A stretch of 64,000 bases of DNA from Amphiscolops sp. MND2022 (lineage: Eukaryota), in contig OZ076412.1 of assembly GCA_964187785.1 (NCBI GenBank), positions 27,032,001 through 27,096,000 of the forward strand, given 5' to 3'. The notes below the pieces were generated by a model that was not told the DNA's origin, made no database searches, and was given only the letters and a program-made list of their open reading frames with translations. The translations under genes were made by a program, and so were the position numbers. This document shows, one piece after another, positions 1 through 11,800 of this stretch. Each line of letters starts with the position of its first letter. Within the stretch, counting starts at the first letter, position 1.

Positions 1-39
1 ATTTTCCGATTTTTAAAGTTTTCATGCAATTTTTGTCTT

Positions 40-830
40 GCAATGGCTTTGAATGTTGAAAACGTTCAAAAGGTAAAAATTTAATTATCCAAAAATTTAG
101 AGGCTGTTTCGAAAAAATAAATGCAATTTTTTAAATTTTTTGACCGAATTTGAATAAAATTCCAAAAAGTTCAGATTTTTAACGTTTTTATGCAACTTTT
201 GTCAATTTTTTTACACTTGGTAGCTTAGTTTTTACACTTTTTACACTTGGAAAGTTAATAACGTCAGCAAGGAAATAATTCGTTGTCCAAGAGGCTTCTT
301 CGAAGAGATAAAAGAAGTTTGTTTTGAAAGAAAAACCTGCAATTCAGACCGAAATTGACAAAAATCCCAAAAATTCTGATTTTTAAAGTTTTCATGCAAT
401 TCTTGTCATTTTTTACACTTGGTAGCTTAGAAAGTTAAAAGCGTCAACAAGGAAATCATTCGTTGTCCGGGACGCCTTTGTTAAGAAATAAACGCAGTTT
501 GAAAAAAGCTCAAATTGCGACTAAAAATCACAAAAACTGCAAAACGTAACAGTTTTTCACGTTTTTGTCCGAGAGATTTCATGAATCATAACATTGAAAA
601 CGTCCAACAAAGAATGAACTCGTTGTCCAATAAGGTTGTTTGGGTAGATAAATGCTGTTTTGTAGAAACAAAAATTGCCACAATGACTCAAAGTAGTAAA
701 AATTTCAGTTTTTGATTTTCCCGCGGAATTTTTGTAAATTTTTCAACTTTTTCATAGATTTAACGTTTTTAACTCAGAAACTGCTAAACAACAACTGAAT
801 TCGTTGTCCAGTAGGTTTTTTGATGGGATA
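40..830. repeat. Degenerate tandem (satellite-like) repeat, ~160-180 bp period
   Basis: The motif aacgt..acaa....aattcgttgtcc recurs near 260-290, 440-470, 600-630 and 780-810, with similar flanking text (ttttcatgcaa..ttttgtca, cacttggtagcttag). Confidence 0.6.
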
Positions 831-2687
831 AGTGCCGGTTTCTGATGAAAATGTGCTTTAGTTTGACACAAAAAGTTCCAGTTTATGTAGCTTCATGCTG
901 TTTGTGTACAATTTTTTGAAAACTTTTGTGAGTTGAAGGTTCAAACCAATCAAAGGCGAAAAGCAGGTATGTAGTTTCCTTCAAAGAAAAATTGCAGTGT
1001 TTTACATCATAAATACTTCAAAACGACACAAGTGAGTCGGAAAGTGAAAGAATTGAAATTTTAAACGTTTTTGTGCAAACGTTTCGAGAGTTAGAATAAC
1101 AGAATGGTTCAACAACAAATGCAGTTGATGTCGAGTTGGCTTTTGTGGGAGGTATTGGCTGATTTGTGTTTGGAAAATGTCTCAATATGAACCGAAAAAG
1201 TATAAAAATCGAGTTTCCTTGCTTGACAATTTTAGTGACTGTTTGTGAACGTCTTTTAGTATACCTTTTGAAGGAAAACATTGCAGTTTTCTGTGTAGAA
1301 CATTATCTCAGGATGACCCAAATGAGTCGAAAGTCCGAAACTTATCCGAAAAACGAATTTTGGAATTTTCGTAAGTTTCATATATTTTCCTATATTAGAT
1401 GAATGAAAACATTCAACAGCAAACAAACGCGAATCAGTAGACTTTTGGAAAATCAATTGAATTTCATGTTCGAAAAGAGCCTCAAGATGGCTCAAAATAG
1501 TCGAAAAAAAAATTGGCGGTCGTTCTACAAATTAGTGGATTTTCAATAACTTATCAAAATTTCGTAATCTAAAAGTTTGTATTTTTGAATAGGCATGCAG
1601 AATTTTCAAAGAAATTCCAATTTTGTATGTAAAAAGTTCGTCAGAACGACGGAAAATAAATGAAAAATCAATTTTTTATTTTCGAAATATTGATTTTTTT
1701 GTAAACTTTCGAGCACTTTTGTAATTGAACGTCTGGATCCGTTATCCAATAGGCGTTTTTAAAAAGTCATCTACATTTTCTTGGATAAGTTCGCAAAGTT
1801 GTCGAAAAAGCAAAATTTTCCAAACTTCGCGCAAAATTATATAAAAACAATTGATTGGTTAGGTTTTGGTATACACAAAAGCCGACAAAAAACAAATAGG
1901 TGTTTGGTGTGTCCTTGAAATGGTGTGTTTGTTTCCTTCTGAAATGAGATGACATTTTTCAAAAAGTGTCAAACCTTTTTTCATCAAACTTCTATGCGTT
2001 TTCATAGCGCAATGGCTACTCTTGAGTCTCATAAATATATCACTGTTAGAACAGTTTGGACGGAAAATATCCTGCTGGTCAGCGGGCGTCCTGTTTCTAA
2101 TTCCGTCCTCAACTTACAGACTTTTGGGCAAGTCAATGAGCAATAAAAAAGCTGGGATTAGTTTGTATTAGAAGTGTTAAGTAACACTTGTGAGCTCAGA
2201 AAACAGACATAAAAAGGTTGGAAGTTACTTAGCATAAATAAAACATTGCTTTTCAAAATTGACAACGCCAAGATTGACTGTAGATTTTGAACCATTCAAT
2301 ATTGTCGCATTGTACATTGTATGTATAATCATATACATCCCTTGTGCATAATTTGTTCGTTTCAAAGGCTGCCATTTTGTTCTGCAGCAGTGTCATCGTC
2401 GTTTCAGTTTGTTATGCACTGTCGTCTCCAGCACTCGGAGTGGGAAATCGCTGCAAATTGAAGAACCACGTCACATTTTCCAGTGACGCCTTTTCATTTT
2501 CAGGACTTTACCTCTGCAAAAGGCAGCTTCTATCACACACATAGACAGCTGAACAAATCAGCTAAAAGCTCTGGAACTACTCGATCAGCTGTATATGCTG
2601 ATCTGATATCTTGTTTGCTGTAGAAATTCTGCTCTGTAGAGATTGAAACCCGTTTCTGAGAAGTTACACTGATTGTGGGTTTCAAAC

Positions 2688-2860
2688 ATGATGATGAGCA
2701 GCCATCACAGGAGGACCAACCACCATAGCAGCATGGGGGCCCTTTCAAGCTCCACCTCCATGAAGGGTGACGAGGAGGGCGACAGTAGAAGGAGTCACGT
2801 GCGGGGAAGTGGGGGCGGCAGTACCAACACTTCTCTCTCTGGTGACGAGGAAGAAGGCAG
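2688..2860 (+). CDS. RUNDC1: RUNDC1 exon 1 (putative start; Ser/Gly/Glu-rich)
   Basis: ATG at 2688 and donor CAG|GTTTGT at 2861. Phase 2 fits the acceptor at 3809. Low-complexity, with no homology support of its own. Confidence 0.6.
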
Positions 2861-5800
2861 GTTTGTGCATCCAATACATGTTCTCTCGAAAGATTCTTTT
2901 AACAATATAACAATGCGGGTGTCAAGATACCTCTTTTTAAACCCGGAAGCAAACACAACGAAGCATGATTTTGTTTTAATTTGATATTAATTCTAATCAA
3001 ATGAAGTTTTTCATTTATAGTTTTCCGTTTTGTGGGACAGAATAATGAACAACTATAGGGGGAATATATTTTATGCTTGAAGCCTTCAAAGCTTGCTGAA
3101 ATACTTACATTCCGGACGATGCCTCGTTTTTCTGGGCTTTGTGTAAAGCCATTGTTTGGCTGAAAGCCCGTAGTTTTCAATCTATTGTCACCCACTTCCA
3201 GTATTTTCTTATTGAGATCCGCAATTTGGTACGATGTCCTAGTCGTTTTCCCGTTCGTGAGAAAAAATCTAAAAGGTTGGCTCGGTCTTATTCAATCAAA
3301 ACTTTTTTGATTTCAAGCGTTAATTACTTTACGCGTGCCGTGCATTCTTAGCCATTTTTCTCGTAAAATCGAAATTGAATGAACTTTGACTCAATGTTGA
3401 TGCTGCATTTTGTTGAAGAATGAATTTTAGTCGGCGCTTTTCTTTAGAAAAGAGTACTATATTCATGGCTTTTCGTCAGTTTTTTTTGATACACCTGAAG
3501 CAGCCAAAATAGTTCTACAAGTTTTTCAATTTTGGTGGTTAGTTACCTCTCGACGTCATTTGGCCTAGTTTGTTTCAAAATTTTCTTAATCGGAGTGATT
3601 TGATTTCTAGCCACCTTTTGATTTTTAACATGAACAAAGCAAAGCGTTGTACAAGCATAATGGGCTATGTTCGGTCCATCCGAAGATTTTAGAAAAAATG
3701 AAAAAAAAAGCCGAAAATTTCCCCCATTCTTGGTTTTGAGGTTTTCTGAGAGGATAACACTTTTCAGAGTCCAAAGGGTGACCTCGTTGATTATTTTTTT
3801 GTTATTCAGTGGACCAGAGGAGGAGGAAATAGCATCTGCTGCGTCCGTGGGTGACGTGAGTGCCGGCAGCAGTAGACATATTTCCAGTCGCTTCGGACCA
3901 AGACTGGCTCCCATCGGAGCCGAGCAGGACTCTACCGGGGGGAGTGTCGCCGACTCGCTTCCCGGGGCCGGTACAACCACTAGTTCTTTGTCAGGTAAAG
4001 AGCCACTTGTAAGAATGACAAGTTTAGTCGGTGAAGCACGAAACAACAAGACGTCTAAAGTTGGCGCCCCTTTTAAAGCTCAAAAAGTCTCAGCGTTCAT
4101 AATGCTCAAGGTGGCTCTTGGGAAAATTTTCATCGCTTTCAGAGTAGTTCAAATTATCGGAAGGGACAACCTGCGGACTCGAAAACGCCTTTATTTTGAT
4201 GAAAACATCAGAAATACCCAAATTGATGGGAAAAATTTCGAAAAAAGTCTCAGTGGCGAAAAGCCCAAAGATGGGAAGTTTAAAGCTTGAAACGTTTTTT
4301 TGGAAGTTGAAACACGAGAAAAGCGAAGGACCCTTTGGTTTATTTCGCCGACTAAAATAGGAGCGAAATGTTTTTAATTGAATTTCTACGTGTGGATTCG
4401 ATTCACCCCAGCTTAATCTTATTGGAGGATTTCGAGTTAATTGGTAGTCAGATTAAAGTATGCATGCTTTGATAGTTGCTGGTTCAGTCAATGTCTCCTG
4501 TAGAATAGCTTCACAATGCTGTTATCTTTGACTGTAAACGCTCCAAAATAACATTCAATTCATGTATGTAATTTTGATAGATCTCACTCTTCATTTCTAT
4601 ATTGGAAATTTCTATATATTTTTGTATTGAGACGCACAATACCCGATCCTAATTGTAGTTCGAAAAGCCATCGTGTAAAAACTTGATGGCTGTGAAAGCA
4701 TCGACCAAGGGATGGAAAGAAGAATAGTTCCGTGATTCATTTTATGGCTTGAGATGTAGGTGTAATATTTTGTGTCCAGGGGGCGGTCTGGACTCTTCGG
4801 TGGAGGTTAAACTAAGCAGGCTGAAGTTGCTGGAAGAGCAGCAAGAGGATCTCAATTCCAGTCTCCTCAACCTCACTTCCCACTTCGCCCAAGTGCAGTT
4901 CAGACTGAAGCAGATCATCAATGCCCCGCCCCATGTCAAGCAGGACTTGCTGGCTGAACTGGAAGAATTCGCTGGCAAGGGATGTGTCGACACCAGACAT
5001 GGTAAGTTAGTTACTTAATTACCTACATCTTAATGAATGATTACAATAGCTCTCTACCATAACCGTTAGTGATTGACCGGCAGTTCCTTTTACCAATTAT
5101 TTTTCAGCATTTTTAGATGCTTGCCGGTAGAAAGCGTTTCTTTAACCATTCATTCCCTTGTAGACGGTGACGCCTGGTTTTATGCGCTGCTCTCGAAAAG
5201 TATTGAAAGCTGTCGATGCAGCGTTTTCTCGCCATATTCTGCAGTTTTTGTCAGAAAGTGCTCATTGGCTTATTAATAGTTTGCCAACAGCTGCCATATT
5301 TTTCACTTGGAAAGTGAGATAGAATAGAGGCTATTAACTTTTTTCTTTTACCTGTTTCTTTTACCCTTTTTGAAAATTCAGTCTTTTCCAGGAAAATTAA
5401 TTAGGCTGGCTGATATTTTGCGAAAATCAATAATTGAGATAGTTCGCAGAAATCAGCCGTTTACATTTTTATTTCCAATGTAAATGAAACTATAGTTAGC
5501 TGAAGCTTCTCAGAAACGTAAATTACGAAAAATAATCTATAATGTAAATGAATATTGGCCCGCGTTTAAAAGCCTTTTCCGAACAAAATCCTTATGAACT
5601 TGCAATTCAAAAACTCAAACATTCAGGTAGTGGTGATAACGAACTCCAATGAACGAAATCAAGTATATTAACTTTTTCGGTACTTATTTTCGAATCCGGG
5701 TAATTTATATCATATAGCAATATAAACTTCGTTGGGTTAATGATATTATTATTTGAATCAATAATTCGTATATTAGCGCTTTACCTTTGGGGTTTTTTTA

Positions 5801-8800
5801 ACATCCATTCTTTTGATGTTTTTGAAGATTTTAAAAAATTGAAGGGGGACTCTTTAGAGACATTGAAAATTTTCGGAAAAAGTCTCACAAAGCCGAAAAA
5901 GAGGGGAAAGTCCCAGGAAGAAGGTTCCTAAACTTCCAGAACAGGATTTGGCTCTATAATCTGAAAGAAAATCCTAAATAGGAAGTAGAATAATGTTATG
6001 AAGAGTACATGTGTGTTTGTTGCAGTGAAGAAGAGCAAAGAGAGTCTGGTGAGTGTGACGGGGGCAGGGGCCAAGAGCAGCCAGGAGGACATGTCTGCGG
6101 AGGAGCACGAGGCCAAGATAGCCGAACAGAAGCAGAAGCAGCAGGAACTCATATCAGGTACCAGCCAATGTGAAATGAAAATGTGTATGTAGTAGGCCCA
6201 TGTTCAAAGAAATTGACAAATTCTTTTCTAATCTGAAAAACCTAGGAAATATTTTATACTTGTTTGGTTCTTAGCAGAATACTGAAGCGACATTGACGCG
6301 GGCTGTCAATTTTTGGCTCAGTTTGTAAAGGTTCGATTGGGTTTAGGAGAAATTAGCCTTCTGAGATTCTTGATCAATAGTGTTTAGGAGTTAGTTTGCG
6401 ACTATGCCGCCTCACTGGTCGCACCAGTTTGTAAAGGTTCGATTGGGTTTAGGAGAAATTAGCCTTCTGAGATTCTTGATCAATAGTGTTTAGGAGTTAG
6501 TTTGCGACTATGCCTTCCTAAACCTTTACAAAAGTTGTCTCTAGGTCTTCCGAGTTCGCAGGAAGGACTTTGTTTCGAGAGAAGAGTTTGAATATATGAA
6601 AAGAATTTGAATTAGTTCGAGTATTATATTCAACAATGTTTGTTTTTACACAATACGCAAGAATACAATACAAACAAAATAATGTAATCATCCAAGTTGA
6701 CACAAATATCCAATCAATAATATCTGAATTGTTTAGCATTCACCACAAATAAATACATCAATTATTTAGGGAGCAATGTTCAGGTAAGTTGTGTAAGTAC
6801 TATAAAAACTGGAATTTTCTGATCTTATTGTCCAACAATTTGGTTAGGACAAGTGTGCTGACTTTTGACCAGAATTACAGTCTATTCAGACCGGTTTGGG
6901 GTTCCTAGAGTTCTCAACAATGTAGTGAGAGTTACTAAGTCTATTGACAATTTACGTGACAGGTTTGTCACACGTTCTAGCTTATAGGAAGCGAAGAACT
7001 AGCTTATAGGAAGCTGAGAGTTAAATAAAATAGTTTTAGCCTATATGACCAGCCAATTACTAGGTCGAAGACAGGATTGTCTTGAGCATAGACTTATAAG
7101 AAGTCTTGCGAATCTAAGTAAATTAAGGGTCTTATCTAACCAGCATTCGCTAGGTTTTTGTTCGGACAAGATTGCCGATTGGGCTCGATCCAGAGGTTCG
7201 GTGCCGTGTTCTAAGAGTTTTAACCTATTGCAATGGACCAGCAAGTTTGCTAGGTCGAGAGGAAGACAAGTTTGTCTAAAGACTTTGAAGAAGTCTTGTG
7301 AGTCTAAGTGAGTTAAAGGCCTTATTTCAACCAGCAGTTTGCTAGGTTGCTTTTTAGACAAGATTGTCAGAATTCTGTTCAATACTTTATAAGGTTACAT
7401 GCATTTTACTTTTTAATCAGTTTGTTTTACTTGCAAGTTAGCTGCAGTTATTGAAATGATCTAGACTAGCAGTCGCTAAGTCTTGACGCAATCGCGTACT
7501 AAGAGGAAAGTGATCTCCGTCGAGAATTGTTTGGGAGCGTTTAGCTCTAGTTAGTTTTCCCTATGATTTTCATAGGAGAACCTTGTCGGTTGTTTGTCTC
7601 TTCAGTCACTAGGACTGGGGGTTGTCTATAAAAGACAGGTAGGAAAAGGGAGCAAAGAAAAAAGAGAGAAATTTTGAGTTGTGAATTTTGAAGTTATTTT
7701 CTAAGTTAAAGAAAATAACTAACCTGAAGTTTGAAGCAAAGATTGGGTCGGAGAGATTTGTTCTCGCAAGAGAGAGATTTTTTTGAGAGAGATGATTTAT
7801 AGCAGAGGCGAAGAGGAGAGTCAGAGTGAGAGTGTGTGAGAGATTTATGCGAGAAAATTATGAATCAATTTGCTAGAGTCCGGCTTTTTTATACGAGCCG
7901 ACCGAACGGTACAACCAATCAAATCGATTGGCGTTTTTCATTGGATACGAAATTATTTCGTCATTATCTCGTCAATATTTTGTCCATAATTGGAATCGCA
8001 TTCACTATTGGATGCAACCGAATAGAAGTCGGCGGGGATTGCATCAGCTACCGAATATGTTCGGCTAACCGAGTTGGCTGACGCAACTCTTTGTATTTGT
8101 CAGGGGAATTAATCCTCTCAAGTGGGGGACTTTGTTCCCACTTGAGAATTCTTTTTGTTTAAAATTGAGAATTTGGCCGTACAAGTGGCGCCTATTATTC
8201 TCTTTTCAGAGATATTTACTGGCACAAGTGGCGTCGCATATTGTCTTTTTCAGGGGAGATAAAAGATAATTGTTTGCACAAGTGGCAAGCGTTTTCTTTT
8301 GTAGAGGGGAATTCTCCCTTTCATATGACGCGCAGCTGTAATTTTGTTTATCTCTAAAATTCTTTCAAGCGTGCCTGGAGAATTGAAAGAATTTGAGTAA
8401 GAGTTCACAAAAATTGAATAAAAAAAAATTCTAGCTCCGATTGAATAATTTTCTAAATATGTTTTTTTCAAATATTAAATTGAAGAAAAAGTTGTGTTAA
8501 ACACAACAACTCACCCGGGGTTTAAGAATGATTAAGTTGAAAGGGGGGCATACAGGGTATTTATGACTTTTACTTCGAAAAATATGGAATTGTTTTTTAG
8601 CCAGGGGTTCTCTGGGTTCATGAGTTCATCATGTGGGATGAAGCACAAGATGGTGATTGCTGTATTGCTGGCTGTGGGAATAGGTTTCTTGAAGCACTCA
8701 CTGTTGTTGTTATTCGTCACAATGAGCTGTTTGTAGGGTTTGTAAATATTGCCTTGACCAAGGAGGTGTATCTCGATAACGCCTTGGAAGGGCCAAGTGA

Positions 8801-11800
8801 GTATCTCATCGTAGGGTCCCGGACACATAGCCAAGCATACTGACATGTATTTCCCTTTGGCAGTGTCGATGCCATAAGGATAAGCTCGTAGATGAAAGGT
8901 GTACCCAAAGGGTTGTGAGAAGAAGATAGGGCTACAGACGTCTTTTAGGCAATTAGGATCACAATAGGGTGCTCTTACATGAGACAAACTTTTTTCGTAT
9001 TTTTCAGCATTCTGAAAAATATCAGAGAATTGATCAAGCCTCCAAATAACTTTGTAGAGGTTCCAATCCCGTGGAATTGATTTCTTTTCGATACGAAGGA
9101 CTCGCATCTCAAGTGCGTCGAGCTTTTTACTGATCTCGTGTATCATATCAGAATCAAATGTGTCATCTTTATATTGGGTGATATTGAGTTTTTGTCGAAG
9201 CAATAGTAACTCATTGATTAGGGAGTCCGTAAGGGACCTCTCATCTTCCAATTGTTCAATAAGGGTAGATGAGCTTGTGTTCATCCTGATAGGTCGTTCT
9301 GAAATTCAATGGAAAAGACTTTAAATAAATGCTGAAATAGCTCTAATAGGTACCACAATTCTCTGGTAGCCTAGGGTCGGATTTTCCAATGTAAATTCTT
9401 GACGGTTAGAATCCCAGAATACAATATTCCAATGATTATATTCGCGTTTCAAAAGATAATTTAATTCGGTCCGGAATCGTGGGTTCCTGGTGAAAATATA
9501 TTTATTAGCAGCTTCCTCGTTTTTTCGTTGTTGTCGTAGTTTTTCGTGAGCCGAGAGGGAAGCTTTTTGCCTTTTGTGAGAACGCTTGATGGACGTTGAA
9601 TGAGGTCGTTTAGTGGGTAGAGGTGTTGTTTTTAAGTTGTTGGGCGGAGGAGGTGGTGCTGTTTCAGTAACACCTTCTGCAATAGTTTCCGTTGAGAGAA
9701 ACTCTAAATCTGTTGGGGAAAGCAAGGGGAGATCAAGTAGTCCGCTGTTGTCGAGTTTTGGTTCACCTGTTAATAACTCGATTTCTTCAGCCACAGTTTT
9801 GTCGGTTTGCATATTCTGAATACTAAACATAAAAAATACAATTACACTGGAGAAACAGTATGGGTATTCGAAGTAGGGGGCCTACTTATGGCAGGGTAAA
9901 TGTGTTCGAGGGTTTCGTGCTCATTGTAATTTTTGTCTGGAGGGGTATCTGAGACCATTGGGTCATGTTGGGGAACTTGATTAAGTGTTGATATCATCGA
10001 AACTGTGAATAGATTGTAGGTTGCTGATAGAAGTATTTTGCCAATACCCCAAGAAGCTCCTGTAACTCGGTGTAGTTCAAATGAGCGAAATGTTATAACA
10101 ATCACGTTGACCAAAAACTTGATAAGAAGAAATCCACCAAACCACTGTCCCAATTTGCTAAACCAGTATTCGATAATACCAAAAGTGCTGATGAACTGTT
10201 CCTTGAAATATCCTGGTGATATCATGTTATCCACATAGAAATTTGTACGTGGTGCAAAGTAACCAAATTCGTCTGGTCCTTTGTCGGCAGCCGAAGGTAT
10301 AATGAGTTCTCGTGAAAACTTTTGCAAAGCATTCCTCGAAGCCGCGCTGATCAGAATATTGTCCCAAAAATCGCTGAGTTGTCCTTTTGTGTACATTCCA
10401 GCATCTTGAGACTCATCGAAAGCATCTTTTGTGAAAGGAGAAATCTCTTTCGGACCGAAGATAGCAGGTCTATCTCTATGTGTAGGCTCTGGATTCAAAG
10501 AAAACCAAGAGTCCTTGTCCTGCATATCTAGTTGAAAAAGGTTCTTTATTCTGTCTGTGCAATTTTGGGTATTTGCGTTGGGGTAGGTTTGTCTGGTGAT
10601 GGGGTCTACGAATTGAATTTGTCCCTTGTAGAATATGGGTATTTTGTCATAACAATTGTTCATGACATGAAGAGGTGATGAAATCAGTGGGCATGAATAG
10701 AGCCAGGCGAGACTACCATCAGTTTCAAGGAACATGGATCTATTTCCAGTAAGCATGTATCCAGCAAGGCGTGGATTTTCCAAAGACAGCATTAAAATAG
10801 TTAGAATTTGGGTCCGTTCCTGTTCGCACTGGTTTTTCAACATTTGAATTTCGGAAGATTGCAGTGCTCGGGTGCTTTCGAAGAACAGGTAATCCAGTTT
10901 TGTTCCAACTTGCATTTCATAATCCATGTTGAGCCAAGTATTAACGTACTTGTCTTTAACTGTGGCATCTCTGTTGTACACGTAAAGTCCAGGTTTCCCA
11001 GAATTGTCTGTGGAGTATTGGAGGGTATAAGATCCTCTTGTTATCCCCATCTTTCTTCCGGAAGCCATGTCAAATCCACCGGTATGTATCACAATGTACA
11101 TGGACTCGTAATTTGTGGGATATACGTCGTTTGGTTTGTTGCAGAATTTTTGAGGGTAGTTCTTCACTTCGAACAAAAATTTGGAGGAAGAATCGTTGGT
11201 GCTCACCATGTGATACCTGTGTTCATTCTTTATCATATTTACATGTTCTTCTTTCAATACTGAAAGTACACAGTTATCAGGGTGATCCCAAATATAGGCG
11301 TAGGGATCCAAGGATGTGCTTTGGCAACCCAGATCGTCAAGTTTGCATGGGAGAGGATTTCCATTTACATTGTGAACTGTTCCATCTCTCAGCTTGACGG
11401 GTAGTGTAACATCTTGAATGTGACTCTCAAAAGTATCTTTGATCATCCAAGACCTTCCAGTGCAATGGTTTCTGTTTTCTTCGCTCTTCTTTCCATTCGT
11501 ATAGGACTGAGTTAGTTTGTTTCCCTTTTTAAACTGGACCATGTGATCCAATATTTGTATCTTTCCCTCTTCTCGTGCTCTTCGACATTGTTCGGGGCTC
11601 ATATCGATATCGCTAGTTATTGTACTTTGTTCTGCATCGATACTCGCATGGTCATGATATCCACAATGCCATTTGAATCTACTGTGCTTTAGGCGGCACA
11701 TAGTGGCATTGAGTTCTGTACGAAAGTGCTTCGTGTAGACAGTGATTATGGCTGGGTTGATTTCAATATTTTCTGGGGAAACGTGGCAGGGTCTCACTTG

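Noticed and set aside
515-2544. Track ORFs in the first 2.5 kb and at 33.5-39.9 kb
   Set aside because: Low-complexity K/F/N-rich translations of AT-rich repeats.
6518-8471. Short ORFs inside the LTRs (73, 113, 88, 81, 73 aa) and their duplicates at +17,339
   Set aside because: Mostly non-ATG starts and no motifs; they are identical only because the LTRs are.
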